From an uncultured delta proteobacterium (GTDB taxonomy: Bacteria; Desulfobacterota; Binatia; Binatales; Binataceae), in NCBI GenBank assembly GCA_963724765.1, contig CAVRVY010000002.1, positions 384,001 through 448,000 on the forward strand: 64,000 nucleotides of DNA, in the 5' to 3' direction. The translations under genes were made by a program, and so were the position numbers. The notes beneath the pieces were generated by a model. The model was not told where the DNA came from. It did no database searches and saw only the letters and a program-made list of their open reading frames with translations. This document shows positions 62,479 to 64,000 of this stretch, one piece after another. The first letter of the stretch is position 1, and each line of letters begins with the position of its first letter.

Positions 62479-63282
62479 ATGGCAGGAGCTATCAACCCGT
62501 TGAATGAGGACCGCAGCCGGTTGGCCTGGCGAGTGCGCCAAGCCGGGGTACCGAGCGAGATTATCGACGAGCTCATCAACGACAACATTGTCGCGCGCTA
62601 TGCGCGGCGTTTCCGCCTCTTCCTGCAGGGAGCGCCGGCCGACGTCCTGATGATCATCATCAACGGTGTGGTCAAAGTGCATTGCGCGCAGCCTGACGGC
62701 CGGAGATTTCTGGTGGAACTGGCCGGCCCCGGCGACATAATTGGCTACGTCGACCGGATGGACATCAAGGGCCGGCATTGCCAGGCCTTCGAAGCGCAGG
62801 CCCTGACCAACTGCGCCGTTGCGCTGATCAGCCGCCAGCGCATCCTCAAGCTCCTCGGCGATTCCGATCACGCCACGCTGATCAGCCTGTTCGAGCGCCT
62901 CAACACGTTTTGGGGCTCGGTCGTGCATCGCTACGCCTCGCTGATGACGCTGTCGTATCGCGAGCGGTTGGAGGCGATGCTCACGGAGGTCGCGGCGCGG
63001 TTCGGCGTCAAGGAAGCGCGCGGCACTCTCTTGACGCTCGAGCTGGGCCACGACGATTGGGCCGAGATGATAGGCAGCTCGCGGCCGATGGTGAGCAGGC
63101 TTATCGCGGAGATGGTGCAAAACCGTTTACTCGCGCGCGAGGGCAAGCACTACATCCTGCTGGCGGACGGCGGCTCTGAGAAGCCGGCCCTTCCGATCTC
63201 GCGGATCGAAGCAGTACCGGTAAACGGTATTCCCTCGCGCAAGAACGGCGCGATCGTGCGGACGGCTCGCATTTCTCCCTGA
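62479..63282 (+). CDS. Crp/Fnr family transcriptional regulator
   Basis: LFLQG.PAD..II.G.VK, GPGDIIG, A.ALT, ERL, HTH WAEMIGSSRPMVSRLI. Confidence 0.9.
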   Translation: MAGAINPLNEDRSRLAWRVRQAGVPSEIIDELINDNIVARYARRFRLFLQGAPADVLMIIINGVVKVHCAQPDGRRFLVELAGPGDIIGYVDRMDIKGRHCQAFEAQALTNCAVALISRQRILKLLGDSDHATLISLFERLNTFWGSVVHRYASLMTLSYRERLEAMLTEVAARFGVKEARGTLLTLELGHDDWAEMIGSSRPMVSRLIAEMVQNRLLAREGKHYILLADGGSEKPALPISRIEAVPVNGIPSRKNGAIVRTARISP

Positions 63283-63312
63283 GACCGTATGGCGTCCGCT
63301 TCCCGGCGGGTC

Positions 63313-63343
63313 AAATGGCGGCTCCTGAGGGGCCGCCATTTTT
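63313..63343. terminator. Intrinsic terminator between convergent genes
   Basis: AAATGGCGGC..GCCGCCATTTTT hairpin. Confidence 0.8.
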
Positions 63344-63389
63344 GTATTACATGACAGTCTTTCGCTCGCCGAACAGGCCGACGGCTACC

Positions 63390-64000
63390 TTAGATCGAGC
63401 GGCCGGCGGCGATCGCATCGCGCTTACGCTGGATGATTTCGGCCACCTTGAGATGCGCCATGTCGATCATCTTGCCGTCGAGGCTGGCGGCGCCGCGTCC
63501 TTGGGCGGTCGCTTCATTCATCGCCTCGAGCAGGCGCTCCGCCCAGGCGATCTGCTCGGTGGAGGGCGAGAAAATTTCGTTGGCGAGCGCCACCTGGTTC
63601 GGATGAATCGCCCATTTGCCCTCGAGCCCCAGCGTGGCCGCGCGCCCGGCGCACGCGCGGTAGCCCTCGGCGTCGGCGAAGTCGACGAACGGCCCATCGA
63701 TCGCCCGCAGTCCGTATGCGCGGCAGGCGTTGGTCATCCGCGCGAGCGCGAAATGCCATTGATCGTTCCAATGGCGCGCGCGCATGCCGTCAGCGTCGGC
63801 GGCGGTCAGGATTGAGTAGCGCGCATTGGGCGTCCCGAAAACCACCTCGCCGGTCTGCATACTGATCGAATAGTCGCCGATGCCGAAGATCATCGCCTCG
63901 AGCCGATCGCAGCTTGCCGCGATCTGCTCCACGTTCGACATCCCGAGCGCGGTCTCGATCAGGATTTCAAGCCCGAAAGGATTCGCGCGGCCGGCGTCGC
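63390..64000 (-). CDS. CitE/malyl-CoA lyase (HpcH/HpaI aldolase) family, C-terminal part
   Basis: ILIETALG, MIFGIGDY, AIDGPF.DF.D, GKWAIHPNQ, GAASLDGKMID; 5' end outside window. Confidence 0.85.
   Translation of the reverse strand, partial: DAGRANPFGLEILIETALGMSNVEQIAASCDRLEAMIFGIGDYSISMQTGEVVFGTPNARYSILTAADADGMRARHWNDQWHFALARMTNACRAYGLRAIDGPFVDFADAEGYRACAGRAATLGLEGKWAIHPNQVALANEIFSPSTEQIAWAERLLEAMNEATAQGRGAASLDGKMIDMAHLKVAEIIQRKRDAIAAGRSI

Overview
GC-rich bacterial chromosome segment. The gene repertoire resembles Candidatus Binatia (Binataceae), but this is inference only. From left to right it holds: an aromatic-catabolism block (HpaB-type hydroxylase, VOC protein, amidohydrolase, MetE-II-like enzyme); housekeeping genes (recD2, argS, SPOR protein, a complete trpEGDCFBA-accD-folC operon with a WWW leader-peptide attenuator); a RES-Xre toxin-antitoxin pair; ABC and MFS transporters; a sulfotransferase/sulfatase-like pair; and a MetOD1-histidine kinase-response regulator-MEDS-ADH signalling module. 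Two accessory systems stand out. (1) 56.6-61.5 kb is a lasso-peptide-type RiPP cluster. Its 51-aa precursor is missing from the ORF track (57737-57892, predicted core SGGSIPPFDGRSRMV). It encodes an RRE, a cyclase, a protein-arginine-methyltransferase-like enzyme and an HPr-like kinase, but no B2 leader peptidase. (2) 39.3-54.9 kb is a predicted sigma54-driven operon: DUF1329/YCF48/MMPL/DUF1302, then mauBED, two distinct TTQ small subunits, two monoheme cytochromes, no mauG, and a PLP aromatic amino acid decarboxylase. A divergent tetraheme cytochrome c and NarI-like cytochrome b sit upstream. At least five single-base frameshifts, including one in trpE, suggest assembly indel errors.
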